Program-made: the position numbers and the translations under genes
The notes under the pieces: model-generated
What the model was told of the DNA's origin: nothing
What the model saw: the letters and a program-made list of their open reading frames with translations, nothing else
Databases searched by the model: none
Part shown: piece by piece, positions 36,801 through 46,600 of the stretch
Layout: the number at the start of each line of letters is the position of its first letter
Numbering within the stretch: the first letter of the stretch is position 1
Source of the DNA: Phallusia mammillata
Taxonomy: Eukaryota
Assembly: GCA_965637545.1 (NCBI GenBank)
Contig: OZ281495.1
Coordinates: 32,240,001-32,304,000 of the forward strand
Direction of reading: 5' to 3'
DNA length: 64,000 nt

Positions 36801-39800
36801 TATTGCTGCCAGGCATAATATCAAGTTTACATAGCTCTTCTGGCAAATGTATTTATTTTTGTTTAGACGTTTCGACGCCTTACACAGGTCGAAATTCAGT
36901 GTTATTTACCCCGATGAATGCGACTAGTATAGGACGTCGAAACGTCGGAATAAAAATACATTTGCCAGAAAAGCTCTATTAACTTGATGGGTTTATATGC
37001 AAGGAAATAAAAGTGTCCAATACAACTAACCGCCTTTTTAGTTTTCTAAAAATGTCGTAAATAGAATAGACAAGACTTGCACATGCACAAGATACATATA
37101 CTAATAGAGACATGTTAAAATCCCATGATATACTAATATTAGTATTTTGTTGTCCCTTTTCATACAAAATAATGAACAGTAGACAATGTTTAATTTTAGC
37201 ACATGTTTTTTTTTGAAAATTAATTAAACAAACATTCGCCGAGATGCAAGATTAATTGCATTTATTTAGCGATGTTGGCCACCTAAAGCAAAAATTAGCA
37301 ACTTAAATAATGGCTAAACAAAATTACGTAAGAGACCCAACGCTGTTTGTGACTTTGAATCCGACTCTGTAACTTTAAAAACTCTTTACACAACTGTTTC
37401 TTTTCTCCCAACCCGTCAGGTCAATACGGTGACACAGGTGAGTTGAAACTTAAAGAGTCGGATTCGAAGAAGAGCAAATTTGAGCGGGATTCCACCGATG
37501 TTTTCACTTTCAACGACAAGCTCCAAATCGGCGAACTGCAGAAGATGAGAGTCTGGCACGACTCTAAGGGATTCGGTGCAGGTTAGGGAAATGCACTTTG
37601 TCTATTTCTGTTATTACATGCGTTAGTACAAAAATAGGGTTTAAAAACTAAGGTACGCAAGACACGGACTTGAAGAGTAGTAAAATTCCTGGCGTTGTGT
37701 AAAATGTGACATTTTATTACTCCTGCACTATTTCACTGATGATGACTGCGTAATAAAATGTCTACGTTTTATTCCACATAACTGGCAAATTTGTTTCAAG
37801 AAAGAACATGAAAATAAATAAAAACACACATATTTCAAAATCCACAGAAAATGGTAAAGTAACTTGCTTGTAACACATTAAAAATGTTACTTTCAAAAAA
37901 GCACATGAGCACATTTCCTATTCGAAATCTTCTCTTCAAGTCCAAACATATTCGGAGTAAAGATGAACACAACTTTTGCGACATCACTTCATTAAATTTT
38001 TAATGACGTCATCACGCTTATATGACGCCATCATTGCTTACGTCACCCTGTGATGCAGGTTGGCATCTGGAGTACATCGAGGTGATGGAAGGCGATCGGA
38101 AGTTCATGTTCCCCTGCAACAGGTGGTTGGCTGATGATGAAGATGACAAGCAGATTATAAGGGAGCTGACTTGTATTAATGCCAACATACAAGGTGAGAT
38201 CAAGGTCAAGTGTATCTGAGTTTACCAAATAACTGTGAACACGAAGTAGCTAAGATGGCATACTAATATTCAAATATGGCATACTAATATTTAAAGTATA
38301 GTACGCTAGGCCTATTGTATATTCGTATCACGAGGGGCAGGCAATGGTGCTTGTGATTCGGCTATTACAGGCTCCCCACTAAGCCTGTGTAGCTCAGTTG
38401 GTAGAGCGCGAGGTCCGGAAAGTCTCCTGTCGTGGGTTCGAATCCCACCGCAGGCTAGATTAACTGAAAACAGCAGTCTTCATTAATAAACACAGTAATT
38501 TTAAACTTGCCAGTGCCGTTATATCGAATGAATCCGGTCTTTAAACTATTTCCATACGTATTTGTGTAGGTTAGAGAAAATCCCATTATTACATACCAAT
38601 TGTGGTTATTGACTATAGTTAACAACGCTATTTCCTTCTAGTAGCTGCCATATGCATCATGCAGGCAACTAAGGCAAATTTCTGTAGCCATAACAATAAA
38701 ACTAATTAGATCTTCTGTTGGCTACGTTTTTGTATGATCTGTAATTATCACTGGGATCAGCCCTTTACCTTTTCATGCAGACCAACCTCAACAACATGCA
38801 ACCAAATGTACACGTTTTACAAGAGGTTCACTAATAAGACTAAAACTCAATTTGAGTGTGTAAACATTTTCTTTCATATCGCGCAGATACTGCTAGCACT
38901 GGAGGGCGCCAGATGTATACTGTGACGTTTTCAACAAGCGACCGACGGGAAGCAGCGCCCTCTGGCGACGCGTGGATCGTGTTTCACGGAAAAACCGGAG
39001 CGAAGTCGAAGAAATTGCGGATCGACAACGGAGGGAAAAGACGGAATCTCGTCCGCGGACAGAAATCCTCCTTTAAACTCGAATCGAAAGATGTCGGTCC
39101 AATTCAACAAATCACAATCGGCCTTGTTGGTGGGTTGCTATTAGTAACTGGGATGTGATTGGTTGTTGTTGCCTTCGGCTTGAGACTGTGTTCAACTCAA
39201 ACCTAAACACTTTATTACGTCACAGACATGGATCGCTGGCATATTGGTGACGTCACAATCGAATCGTCGAGCGGCGGACAATCGGTGGCGTTTTGTAACG
39301 CATGGGTAAACAACGCGGATGGAAACGACACGCATGGTCGCACATTCGATTGTACAACCACCAGAGGGCGTGCTGTGTCGGTGGCGAGTCTCTCACCCGT
39401 GAAATATGAAGTCGTTGTTGTAACAGCGGACGAAAAAGGTAAAATTCTTTGCAAAAATGCTTTACTATTCAAATGTGAATTCATTTATAACCAAAAACTT
39501 CTATTATCGTGCAAATATCGATTGTAGATTGTAACGTAATAATGTAATTGGGTGTGTCAGGGGCGGGGACCGACGCAAACGTCTCGATCACAATCTACGG
39601 TAACCATGGCGACTCGGGAAAGCGTCCTTTGAAGCAGAGATTCCGGGATTTATTCGAGCGGAACCAAACCGACAAATTCGCGCTCGAAATTCTAGATCTC
39701 GGTGACCTCACAAAGGTAAAAGTCTTTTTATGACCTTACAATGTCATTTTTCTGTGTGATTATGACGTCATTATCACAGATTCGTCTCGAGCATGACGAT

Positions 39801-39950
39801 TCTGGATTCAACGCCGATTGGTTGTGCGATCACGTGATTATACGCAACAGTGCGTCGGGACAATCATGGACTTTCCTCTGCCGCGAGTGGATCGGGAACA
39901 AAAAAGCAAGTCAACTCTTCCGTGACGTCATGCTCACCAGCACAAGCTGA
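3576..39950 (+). CDS. LOXHD1: Lipoxygenase homology domain-containing protein 1-like (17 PLAT/LH2 repeats), 54 coding exons, about 2520 aa
   Basis: Manually spliced exons (all GT-AG, phases consistent, total 7563 nt = 2521 codons including TGA at 39948-39950): 3576-3726, 4364-4576, 5177-5340, 5807-5913, 6159-6273, 6800-6926, 7170-7246, 7735-7894, 8812-8902, 9358-9487, 10034-10160, 10832-11035, 11569-11763, 12565-12673, 13185-13332, 13757-13856, 14274-14347, 14426-14512, 16133-16296, 17339-17558, 18042-18120, 18196-18271, 18703-18779, 18841-18914, 20048-20186, 20659-20755, 21052-21128, 21447-21607, 22075-22216, 22721-22867, 23262-23360, 23932-24035, 24469-24630, 25176-25375, 26009-26142, 26540-26713, 27530-27678, 28083-28211, 28754-28916, 30962-31116, 31538-31731, 32921-33042, 33595-33715, 34058-34154, 34386-34492, 35202-35326, 35832-36034, 36532-36745, 37420-37581, 38059-38193, 38887-39129, 39226-39438, 39561-39715, 39780-39950. 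Recurrent PLAT motifs: [19 protein letters not shown], FERG, IGHDxxGxxxGWFL, FPCxRWLxxDEDDG. Candidate AATAAA at 40748-40753. Confidence 0.93.
8027..8308. mobile_element. hAT-like MITE
   Basis: ggggtgggcaacct ... aggttgcccacccctg. Related elements at about 16790-17115, 34633-34842 and 60480-60664. Confidence 0.65.
8531..8700 (+). mobile_element. tRNA-derived SINE (tRNA head plus conserved body)
   Basis: A box TAGCTCAGTTGG, B box GGTTCGAATCC, acceptor-like GCCTGTG/CACGGGC (8531-8603), non-canonical anticodon loop; body ggtaaccggctggttcagtatggcgc...aaatgggcctggtgt. Confidence 0.75.
10672..10805. repeat. Abundant dispersed repeat (gatctgttcataagtttaat...acggcccaaatagacgtaaaaagcgacatgc)
   Basis: Copies in both orientations at about 13994-14090, 16745-16790, 17127-17200, 17750-17925, 26795-27200 and 32742-32875. 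Confidence 0.7.
11995..12165 (-). mobile_element. tRNA-derived SINE copy
   Basis: Head 12098-12160 and body ttggtgaccgactgattcggtgtggcgccattaaagggcctgccgtac on the - strand. Confidence 0.7.
14747..15941. mobile_element. ~1.2 kb non-autonomous TIR element
   Basis: Imperfect terminal inverted similarity (cactggccaac...ggtgtc...gactaattttggggtgctgatttcaaaaa versus ttttgaaatcagggcactaaaattagtc...gacacc...gttgccctgtg); no ORF. Confidence 0.45.
18980..19554 (-). mobile_element. Penelope-like 3'UTR/pLTR insertion (family 2) in LOXHD1 intron 24
   Basis: 13-bp direct repeat catagcaaattaa at 18967-18979 and 19555-19567; perfect 47-bp inverted repeat 18978-19024 / 19430-19476; U-rich body on the - strand containing a hammerhead. 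Confidence 0.75.
19042..19080 (-). ncRNA. Minimal type I hammerhead ribozyme motif (family 2)
   Basis: GGAA CUGAUGA U GCC-auuauua-GGC GAA AUAUAU A UUCC: stem I GGAA/UUCC, intact core, palindromic helix III. Confidence 0.8.
19858..19908 (-). ncRNA. Family 3 hammerhead, inverted partner (G12A, stem II mismatch)
   Basis: AGCUGCA CUGAUGA GACC-uuaa-GGCC AAA ACAGU-auac-ACUGU C UGUAGCC. Confidence 0.7.
19948..19999 (+). ncRNA. Full type I hammerhead (family 3) with U4C core change
   Basis: AGCUGCA CCGACGA GAUCU-uau-AGGUC GAA ACAGU-gugu-ACUGU C UGCAGCU: 7-bp stem I, 5-bp stems II and III, GUC triplet. Confidence 0.8.
20813..20875 (-). ncRNA. Degenerate family 3 hammerhead copy
   Basis: The - strand reads ctcttgtcaccagccgca ctaatga gtccctattagctc caaa cagtgtccactgtc agtag, sharing the ctcttgtcaccagc leader with 19937-19950. 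Confidence 0.55.
21608..21962. repeat. 33-bp minisatellite (ttctatcacgacatcatcgtatcatatgattgt), about 10 units
   Basis: Direct tandem units starting at the exon 28 donor; 11-aa periodicity in track ORFs 21446..21859 and 21643..21993. Confidence 0.9.
24946..25052. repeat. Decayed inverted pair of family 3 hammerhead halves
   Basis: gtctcatcagtgcagctggtgt (- strand 5' half) and aatgtacactgtctgtagct (+ strand 3' half). Confidence 0.5.
25716..25872 (+). pseudogene. Decayed Penelope-like GIY-YIG C-terminal fragment in LOXHD1 intron 34
   Basis: Translates as QHLQAN*DHIVDF...[29 protein letters not shown], matching the PLE pattern HL...H.I.F...R.LLES..I....P.(L/I)N. Confidence 0.55.
27200..27379. 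mobile_element. Short palindromic copy of the family 1 Penelope-like terminus nested in another repeat
   Basis: Near-identical to 561-672; internal inverted repeat caagaaaattcagtgtgaaaaaccactaaatctgtc / gacagatttagtggttttcacactgaattttcttg; flanked by gatccgtgtat at 27189-27199 and 27380-27390. Confidence 0.75.
29270..29856 (+). CDS. Putative alternative terminal exon of the LOXHD1-like gene (about 195 aa Ser-rich then Asp/Glu-rich tail)
   Basis: Open frame 29270-29856 inside intron 39, extending track ORF 29404..29856 upstream. The TAG acceptor at 29267-29269 gives phase 1, matching the phase-1 donor at 28916 (LKS|[26 protein letters not shown]...[12 protein letters not shown]). No GT donor is available near the 3' end before the stop. 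Composition is exon-like and purine-rich. Confidence 0.7.
31205..31295 (+). mobile_element. Truncated family 4 repeat
   Basis: cactcagtgttatttacc ctggtga aggcgacct...agaagagctcta. Confidence 0.55.
31843..32439. mobile_element. hAT-type MITE (CAGTGGTGGGATTC TIR) with internal ~31-bp tandem expansion
   Basis: TIRs cagtggtgggattc / gaatcccacagctg; flanks tttttagt / gttttagt (7/8 match); about 15 copies of cagccggttctgttacaaaagtcatattttt. Confidence 0.8.
36790..36980. mobile_element. Family 4 hammerhead-bearing short repeat, inverted pair
   Basis: A - strand arm (ataagctattgctgccaggcataatatcaag...gacgtttcgacg) followed by a + arm with ccgatga...ggacgtcgaaacgtcggaataaaaatacatttgccagaa. Confidence 0.7.
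38378..38460 (+). mobile_element. tRNA-derived SINE head
   Basis: gcctgtgtagctcagttggtagagc...gtgggttcgaatcccaccgcaggc. Confidence 0.7.
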
Positions 39951-42412
39951 GTGTGACGTCATAAACGAACCCGCGATGCAGCGATGAGAGAACCGTCGCA
40001 GAAAAAGATGGGAAATGCAGTTAGTAGAAGATGTAACGTACTTATAGTTTTACCTACATATGCTTGCTGTACATTGCTTGTTTGTATTTAGTAGCTTTTT
40101 TACACATTTATGCGTTTAGCTTTTTACTATGGGCACGCAACTGCACTTATATTATCGTAGAAAGGTCACTGTTCAAACATATACTTTGCACCGTACTCGT
40201 TGTTACGTTTATAATATGTTGTAAATTGTATTGTCACTTGTGGCGCCAAAGAGCATCGTTAACAGAAATCGTCGATTGTATTGCATCGAAATTAAAGTTT
40301 TGCAGAAACTACTTTTCACCTCATCTTATCATTTGCATGATTTGTAAATATGCACAAGTTGTCCTGGAACAATATTAGACGTTTGCAGGTTTAAATATAT
40401 GCAAACATTGTGCAGTTTTTACCACAAATATCGAAGGTACTACATAGGTTAGTTTGTTTGTTGATTAAAATTATGTCTATTTACATGTGGCAAGTTTCAA
40501 TGTTGATATAATGTCATAAACTTTATTGCTTAGTTGTTGTTTACAGTTTGTGTCATCAGACATTTAAACTTCATCTTATCATTCGTTTTTATTCGCCCTG
40601 TTTTGCAACCGTAACCATTGTGTCTTTTTTTCTACAATCGCTGTAATTTAAGAACATTCCAACGACCGTTTTATTGTTTTGTTGTATTTTTTTGTACAAA
40701 TCGCGTATTTTCTTTACAAAAGCTTTGTTACATCACCATTTCGTCACAATAAATATCACTAGACGTTTTTACAAAATCTTTCAGATATTTTTTTCCCGGG
40801 TACTTGTCTATTATATAACTGTTCTCCCAAAATTGATGCCTAGGCTATACTGAGTTTCAGTTTTGAGGGAAGTACCGGTAAAAGCGCATTCATCCAGTTA
40901 AATTTGTTTTAAAATTAGAGTCTAGATTTCTTGGTTGCTTGTATTGTAAGCTTGTTCGTAATCCCGCTTAAAGTCGACAGAGTCGTGCGCGTAACAAGCG
41001 CTAATTAGTCACCAGCCTACATTACCACAACACCGACATAACAATGTATTGCGTCTATTTAGCGAAACAGTCAAATCCCGAACACATGTTGTGACGTGAA
41101 ACAGCTGATCGAATAGCCGACTTTCTTGGGCGCAATCATGCGAAACGGTCGTGATTTAAAGCGTGAAAACTCGACTTGCTTGAAAGTTTTTGGCGAGAGT
41201 AGATGAGACTTTACCACGTCTAGACGGGATATGCTTAACTTTAAAGCCTTTTTCCCCGGCTAACCTGTACCTAGCTGTGTTAACGAGCACCATATAAGCT
41301 CTCAGTGCCGTAATAATAGGTATAATGACGTAATAACAGTTATTAGGTGTAAGTTGTAGAATCAAGTCATTGTTGTTTGTCAGAGACAATGTTGGTTCGG
41401 TTGTGAGCAAACAGTTGCGGTTTGTGACGTTACAATCTATGTTAACGTTGCCTCGCTGCAAGGGTTGTAAGTGCCGGGTTTTAAAGCAATTTCAGAGTCA
41501 GGCAAAACGGAAAAACATTCATGACTTTAAATTGGCGCCTTAGGTAGAGAACAGAAGATTGCCTTCAAATTAAGTTGTTATCGCGTTTTTTGCCTCATTC
41601 TTGTCGGCGTTTACGAAGCCAGTCTTACAATAAGTGCTGTTTGTTTGTAAAGTGCTTTCCAACTAGTCTTGTTTTGCCAGGCGAAGCTAAGTAGTTTGTT
41701 TAAGGAAAGAAAAAGTGAAGCTATTGGACTTAACTTTAACTGGTGCATATTGTGCTGTATATGATCTTAAGCACATATATTTATTGTGCAAGAGTGCTGA
41801 TATAAAACAAACACTGAAGTCGTCCATATGAAAGCATAGCACAGAACAATCACGAGCTCAAATGAACTTTACATTATTATTTGCGTTAGAAACCCGCTCT
41901 TGTATTTACTGTAAAGCTCAATACACTTGTGTAGTACACAAAGTAGTGTATGATCCAAGGCATTTGACTACGTCAATCATTACAGAGTTGTAAACATCCT
42001 CCGAGTTCGGCTGAAATATCAGCGTGCCGGCGCACAATTCGGTCACGTGATGTAATTGTCTGCGTTCCTCAAATATTTGGGATTTTCTCGGCGCAGCTAA
42101 AGATAGATGCGCGATCACATAAACAGATACGCCGGATGATGGGTGTGTACGCTGGATGATGGGTGTGTATGTGTACGGCGGTTAGATTACAGATTATACG
42201 GAGGTTTGGTTTTGCATTTGGCACCAAGGGTTTGATTTTGAAATGAACTCGTTCAAGAGTCAGTTGTGAGTGTGATTAGACAAGAAGCTCCATTGAGCGA
42301 AGTGGTAGCAAAACTGTTGGGTAAATATATCTGAAAACATCACGTAGGTCTTGCTAAAAGCGGAATTTAATGGTGATCCAATAGCGTTATTCGTAGTGAA
42401 TGTTGTTAGGTG

Positions 42413-42530
42413 TATATACTGTTGCTACCAGGCCTAATATATAAACTAAATGCTCGCCTGGCAAACATATTGTTTTACCCGACTTTTTAACGTCCTATTC
42501 AGATCGCTTTCATCAGGGTTATAACACTCT
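42413..42530 (-). mobile_element. Diverged family 4 repeat upstream of the sulfatase
   Basis: The - strand reads gtgttataacc ctgatga aagcgatctgaataggacgtt aaaaagtcggg...tttgccagg. Confidence 0.6.
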
Positions 42531-43272
42531 CCTGAGTAAAAACCGCAATAAACAAAACCAAAAACGGCGAAAAACGCAAACAACGACACGATAAGCGCAT
42601 AGACAAGAAACGCAAGGACTAAAATAGGTTCCATTAAAATTTTTCAAGCAAATGCCTGTTAGCTATCAGAGAGCAACTCGTCCGTATTTAAATGATTTTA
42701 GTTCTTTATTCAAAATGATTTCTAAATATGGAACTAACAAAACCGAGCACTAACTTGTCTTATCATTTATAATTGGCCGAATTAAATGAACATATACGCT
42801 TGAATTCAACCTAGTCCACAAAAGGCAAACAATTGCGAGGTGCTTTTTGATTTTTTTTATGCTTATGATCTGACACGTGAATTAGTGTATTACAGTATTT
42901 ATTACTAAGATTTCAGACAACTTTTATATATGTGAACAGAGCGTAGCAAACTATTAGTCACAAAAGTATGACAGGAAAATGATTAAATATTTGACTTTTA
43001 ACCACCTACCTGACCTGGTTGAAGAAAATATGTCTTGTGGTCATAAACTTTAAACTTTGTTGGGCGTGTCGTTTCAGTCCGCCCTTGAACATAAATATTA
43101 CGACGTGCTCAAGTGCGACTATAGCGACTACTTATGTCAACATAGGACCAATGTTCTTCCTAAACTGCGCATTTAAGCACTGCTCGCATAATAATACAAG
43201 GCGAATAAATTATACACTGCGTAAATAAAGAAGTTTAATATAATAAAGTTGTTTCGGGCCGTAGTGTCGGGG

Positions 43273-43500
43273 AGCTTGTGTGTATGCCCATAAACGTGAA
43301 AATCTATGCTGCATATAAACTTGTGTATGGCCACAGCGTGCACATCTAATGTTGCTTACAGTGGCCATCAGTGTATGAAGGGAGCGTGTTTATGCCCAGA
43401 CACATAAAAATCCATGCTGCACTTAAATGGGTGTGTGATAACAGCGTGAACATCTAATGTTATTTACAATGGTCCATAGTACAGCTTGCGTGTACGACCA
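43273..43500. repeat. ~120-bp unit repeated twice; second locus at about 59832-60120
   Basis: Shared gcttgtgtgtatgcc...aaatctatgctgca...gtatggccacagcgtgcacatcta...gttgcttacagtggcc. Confidence 0.65.
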
Positions 43501-43612
43501 GACATTAAAACCTTAAGGCAACATTGGTTGTGACCCAACAATTCAAACCGAACCTAAACTTGGTCATGTTTCCAACTTGGAACGGTGGTAATTCTCATTT
43601 CTCGTATTACAG

Positions 43613-46600
43613 ATGAAGTTTACCAAACTAGCATTTCTCCTCTTATACTTGCACTTACACTTGACCTCGGCTGAAGCGAAACGCAAATGGAAGAGACTAA
43701 AAAAGGCGCGAAAACCGCACGTGGTCTTCGTAATGGCGGATGACTATGGATTCAACGACATCGGTTATAACGCCGAGGAAAATCACTCGCAGATGAGGAC
43801 ACCATTTCTGGACAGCCTGGCGAGTAAGTGTTGAATATTTGTTGTAATATTATGCTGTAAACTTGAAAGTATAAGCCCAAAACCGGAACCTAACTCGAAT
43901 TTTATTTTTTTAACAAATCCATAAAAATTAAAGTGAAATTACGACACAAATAAGACCGAGTGCAAAGCCAGGCCCTAATCAAGCCCATTTTATTCAAACT
44001 GAAGCCTTAACCCGACTTTACAACTCGCTGACAAACTTTAGAAGCTCGCGTCACACTAACATATACAGCATGTATAATTGATATGCAGTGCGTCGTTTAA
44101 TTTTGTGCATAGGATTAATACATCGCGGGTTACCAAGTAAAAGTTGAAACCAAGTAAAATTTTTCCACCAACGTTTTCCACTAATTAAATCCACTCTAAT
44201 CAAAATGTCACGAGGCACTTTGTCTCTATCATGCAACCCCAATCCGTGTGAGAATCGTTTCTCTCCCAAGACTGATTCGTTGCTTGATTGCATTCTTGTT
44301 TCAGGGAAGGGCGTAATCTTGGATAATTATTACGTTCAGCCGATTTGTTCTCCGTCCAGAAGTCAACTTATGAGCGGTCGATACCAGGTTAGCAGGGACA
44401 GCTGGTGTTTTAATTGTAGTGGATGTAAAGGAATATTTTAGAGTTTGTAAACTACTAGGCATATAGAAAGACTCGGCTTGGACTTGAAATGTTGTTCATT
44501 TAACTCGTAGGTGCAATTTTGCAGTAACCTCAAATTCTTTTTAAAGAATAACTGCAACAGAGCTAAATATTGAATGCAGTTTATTGCAAACGTTTGATAA
44601 CATACCGATGTTGGCCTTACGATGCTTTATTAGTATGATTGTATGCAATGTAATCAACTTCCCAACGTCTTTTACCACACAACTTGCTTTGCACTTGGTT
44701 TTGTTGTCATAATTATGTGAAACAGCTTTTCAAGTTTTAAGATACTTTATAGATTGTGTCAGGTTTTGGTAAAAAGTTACTTTTGACTATCCAAACTTAG
44801 CTTGTTTTAGTCAAAAATTTGTCTATTTGGAAACCGTATGTCATGTAATTTCAGTTTAGTGTATTACTTTATCGTTTTGGCCTTTATAATTCGTTTGAAT
44901 CTGGCTATTTTGCGCGCTCGTTCACTTTTGCTTTATACCCCGGAATTCCCCTAACCTAATTGATAACAGCGAATTTATATAAGTCGAAGGTTCTTTTTTT
45001 CTATTTTTCTACCGTTTATCGGCCGATTATTTTACCCCCTTTTCTCCCATTATATTCTATTGGTCAGTATAATTTACTCCCAAATTTCTTCTTCATACCA
45101 ATCTCGTTATACCGAAAAACTTTTGTAGCTCATATGCACCACCAAGTGTGTCAAATCCCCCTCTAATTTTGAACCTTTTCATTAAATTTAAAATTTCTTC
45201 AGATTCACACAGGATTGGTGCACGGAGTGATAAAAGGTCCCCAACCGAACGCTCTTCCACTCAACAACGTTATTTTGCCGGAACAGCTGCGGAAATGTGG
45301 ATACAAAACCCACATGATCGGAAAATGGCATCTGGGATTTTACAAAGATGAATATCTTCCCTGGAACCGCGGATTCCAATCTTATTACGGTAAGATTACT
45401 TTCCTATTTCTCCTGTGTAGTGGAGACGAGATTTTACCGCAGACTGAATCAGTATTGACTACTTCTTGGGGCAGTGTAAATTTTAGGTTTTTTAGTGCAG
45501 ATAGATTTTTCAGTTGTTTCAGTATAGACCAGAGTTTCTCAAACTTTTTTCCCAAGGGCGCACTCAGAAAATAAACAAATCCTTTGCGGGCGCACCATTT
45601 ATAGTCATATTGGAAAATCAGTCAGTATTTTTAAGGATATCTTTTGTATTTTTGTGTATTTTTTCCGACGTTTCGACGTCCTATACAGGTCGCCTTCATC
45701 AGGGTGAATAACACTGAATGCGCGTAGTACAGTGCACGATAAACAAAGAAGAAAAATACAATTGCCAGAAGGACTCTAAAACGAAACTTATGTCTAGCAG
45801 CAATAGCTTATGCATTGTATTGTCAGTTCTATAAAAGTAATAAGTTACAAACAAGTTTGTAAATCGAAAGATAAAAAAGCATTTTCTTGTGTACTTTGTA
45901 CAAAAAAAGAATCGTTTGTTCTCAGCTTAAAGTTTGTTGTCGCTTATATCTGGGATTTCAGACATCAGCATATCACTTTTTCCGGTGTTTCGGGTTGACA
46001 GTTTTGCGCTGTCCGTGCAATTTTGTTACATGCAAATTTTTCACGTCAATGTGGGATTCCTAAATATCTTTGTGCAGTCAAGTATGTTGTTACGGCAAAA
46101 TGCTCGATCTTTCGCTTTACTAAGATTGAATCATTTGTAATTGTGCAAATACCGACGTAGTTCACCTACTTCGGTGAAGTTTCTGATTGATACTTAGTAA
46201 AAAACTGCTGGTGGAACGTAACTTGCCTGTGCAATTATTACTTGTTAACAACAGGCACCTAGTAATTGAAACTAGCAAACAAGGTGTTATTCCCTGGGCT
46301 GCTCTTTGTATCACTTGCATTGCCAGACTATGTCATTGTTTGTGCATCGAGTTTTGGTTTCCTGAGAATCTACTTTGCACAACACTTTCACAAAATGATA
46401 GTAAACAAAGTGACGACATTTGTCCTAACACACGAAGCAGGTATAATTATTCTTGTTTAGTTCCCTAATGAATAATTACTGAACACAGAAACACGTTCAG
46501 AAGAAACAAAATTAATTTAAACAAAAATAATAATTCTTAATTTTATTTAAGTTTTATTGTCAGTTTCCTATTCAAATAGAATGTATTTTAAAACCAGGTT

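Noticed and set aside
41156-41461. 101-aa ORF between LOXHD1 and the sulfatase
   Set aside because: No domain motif or splice context; more likely promoter or 5' region DNA.
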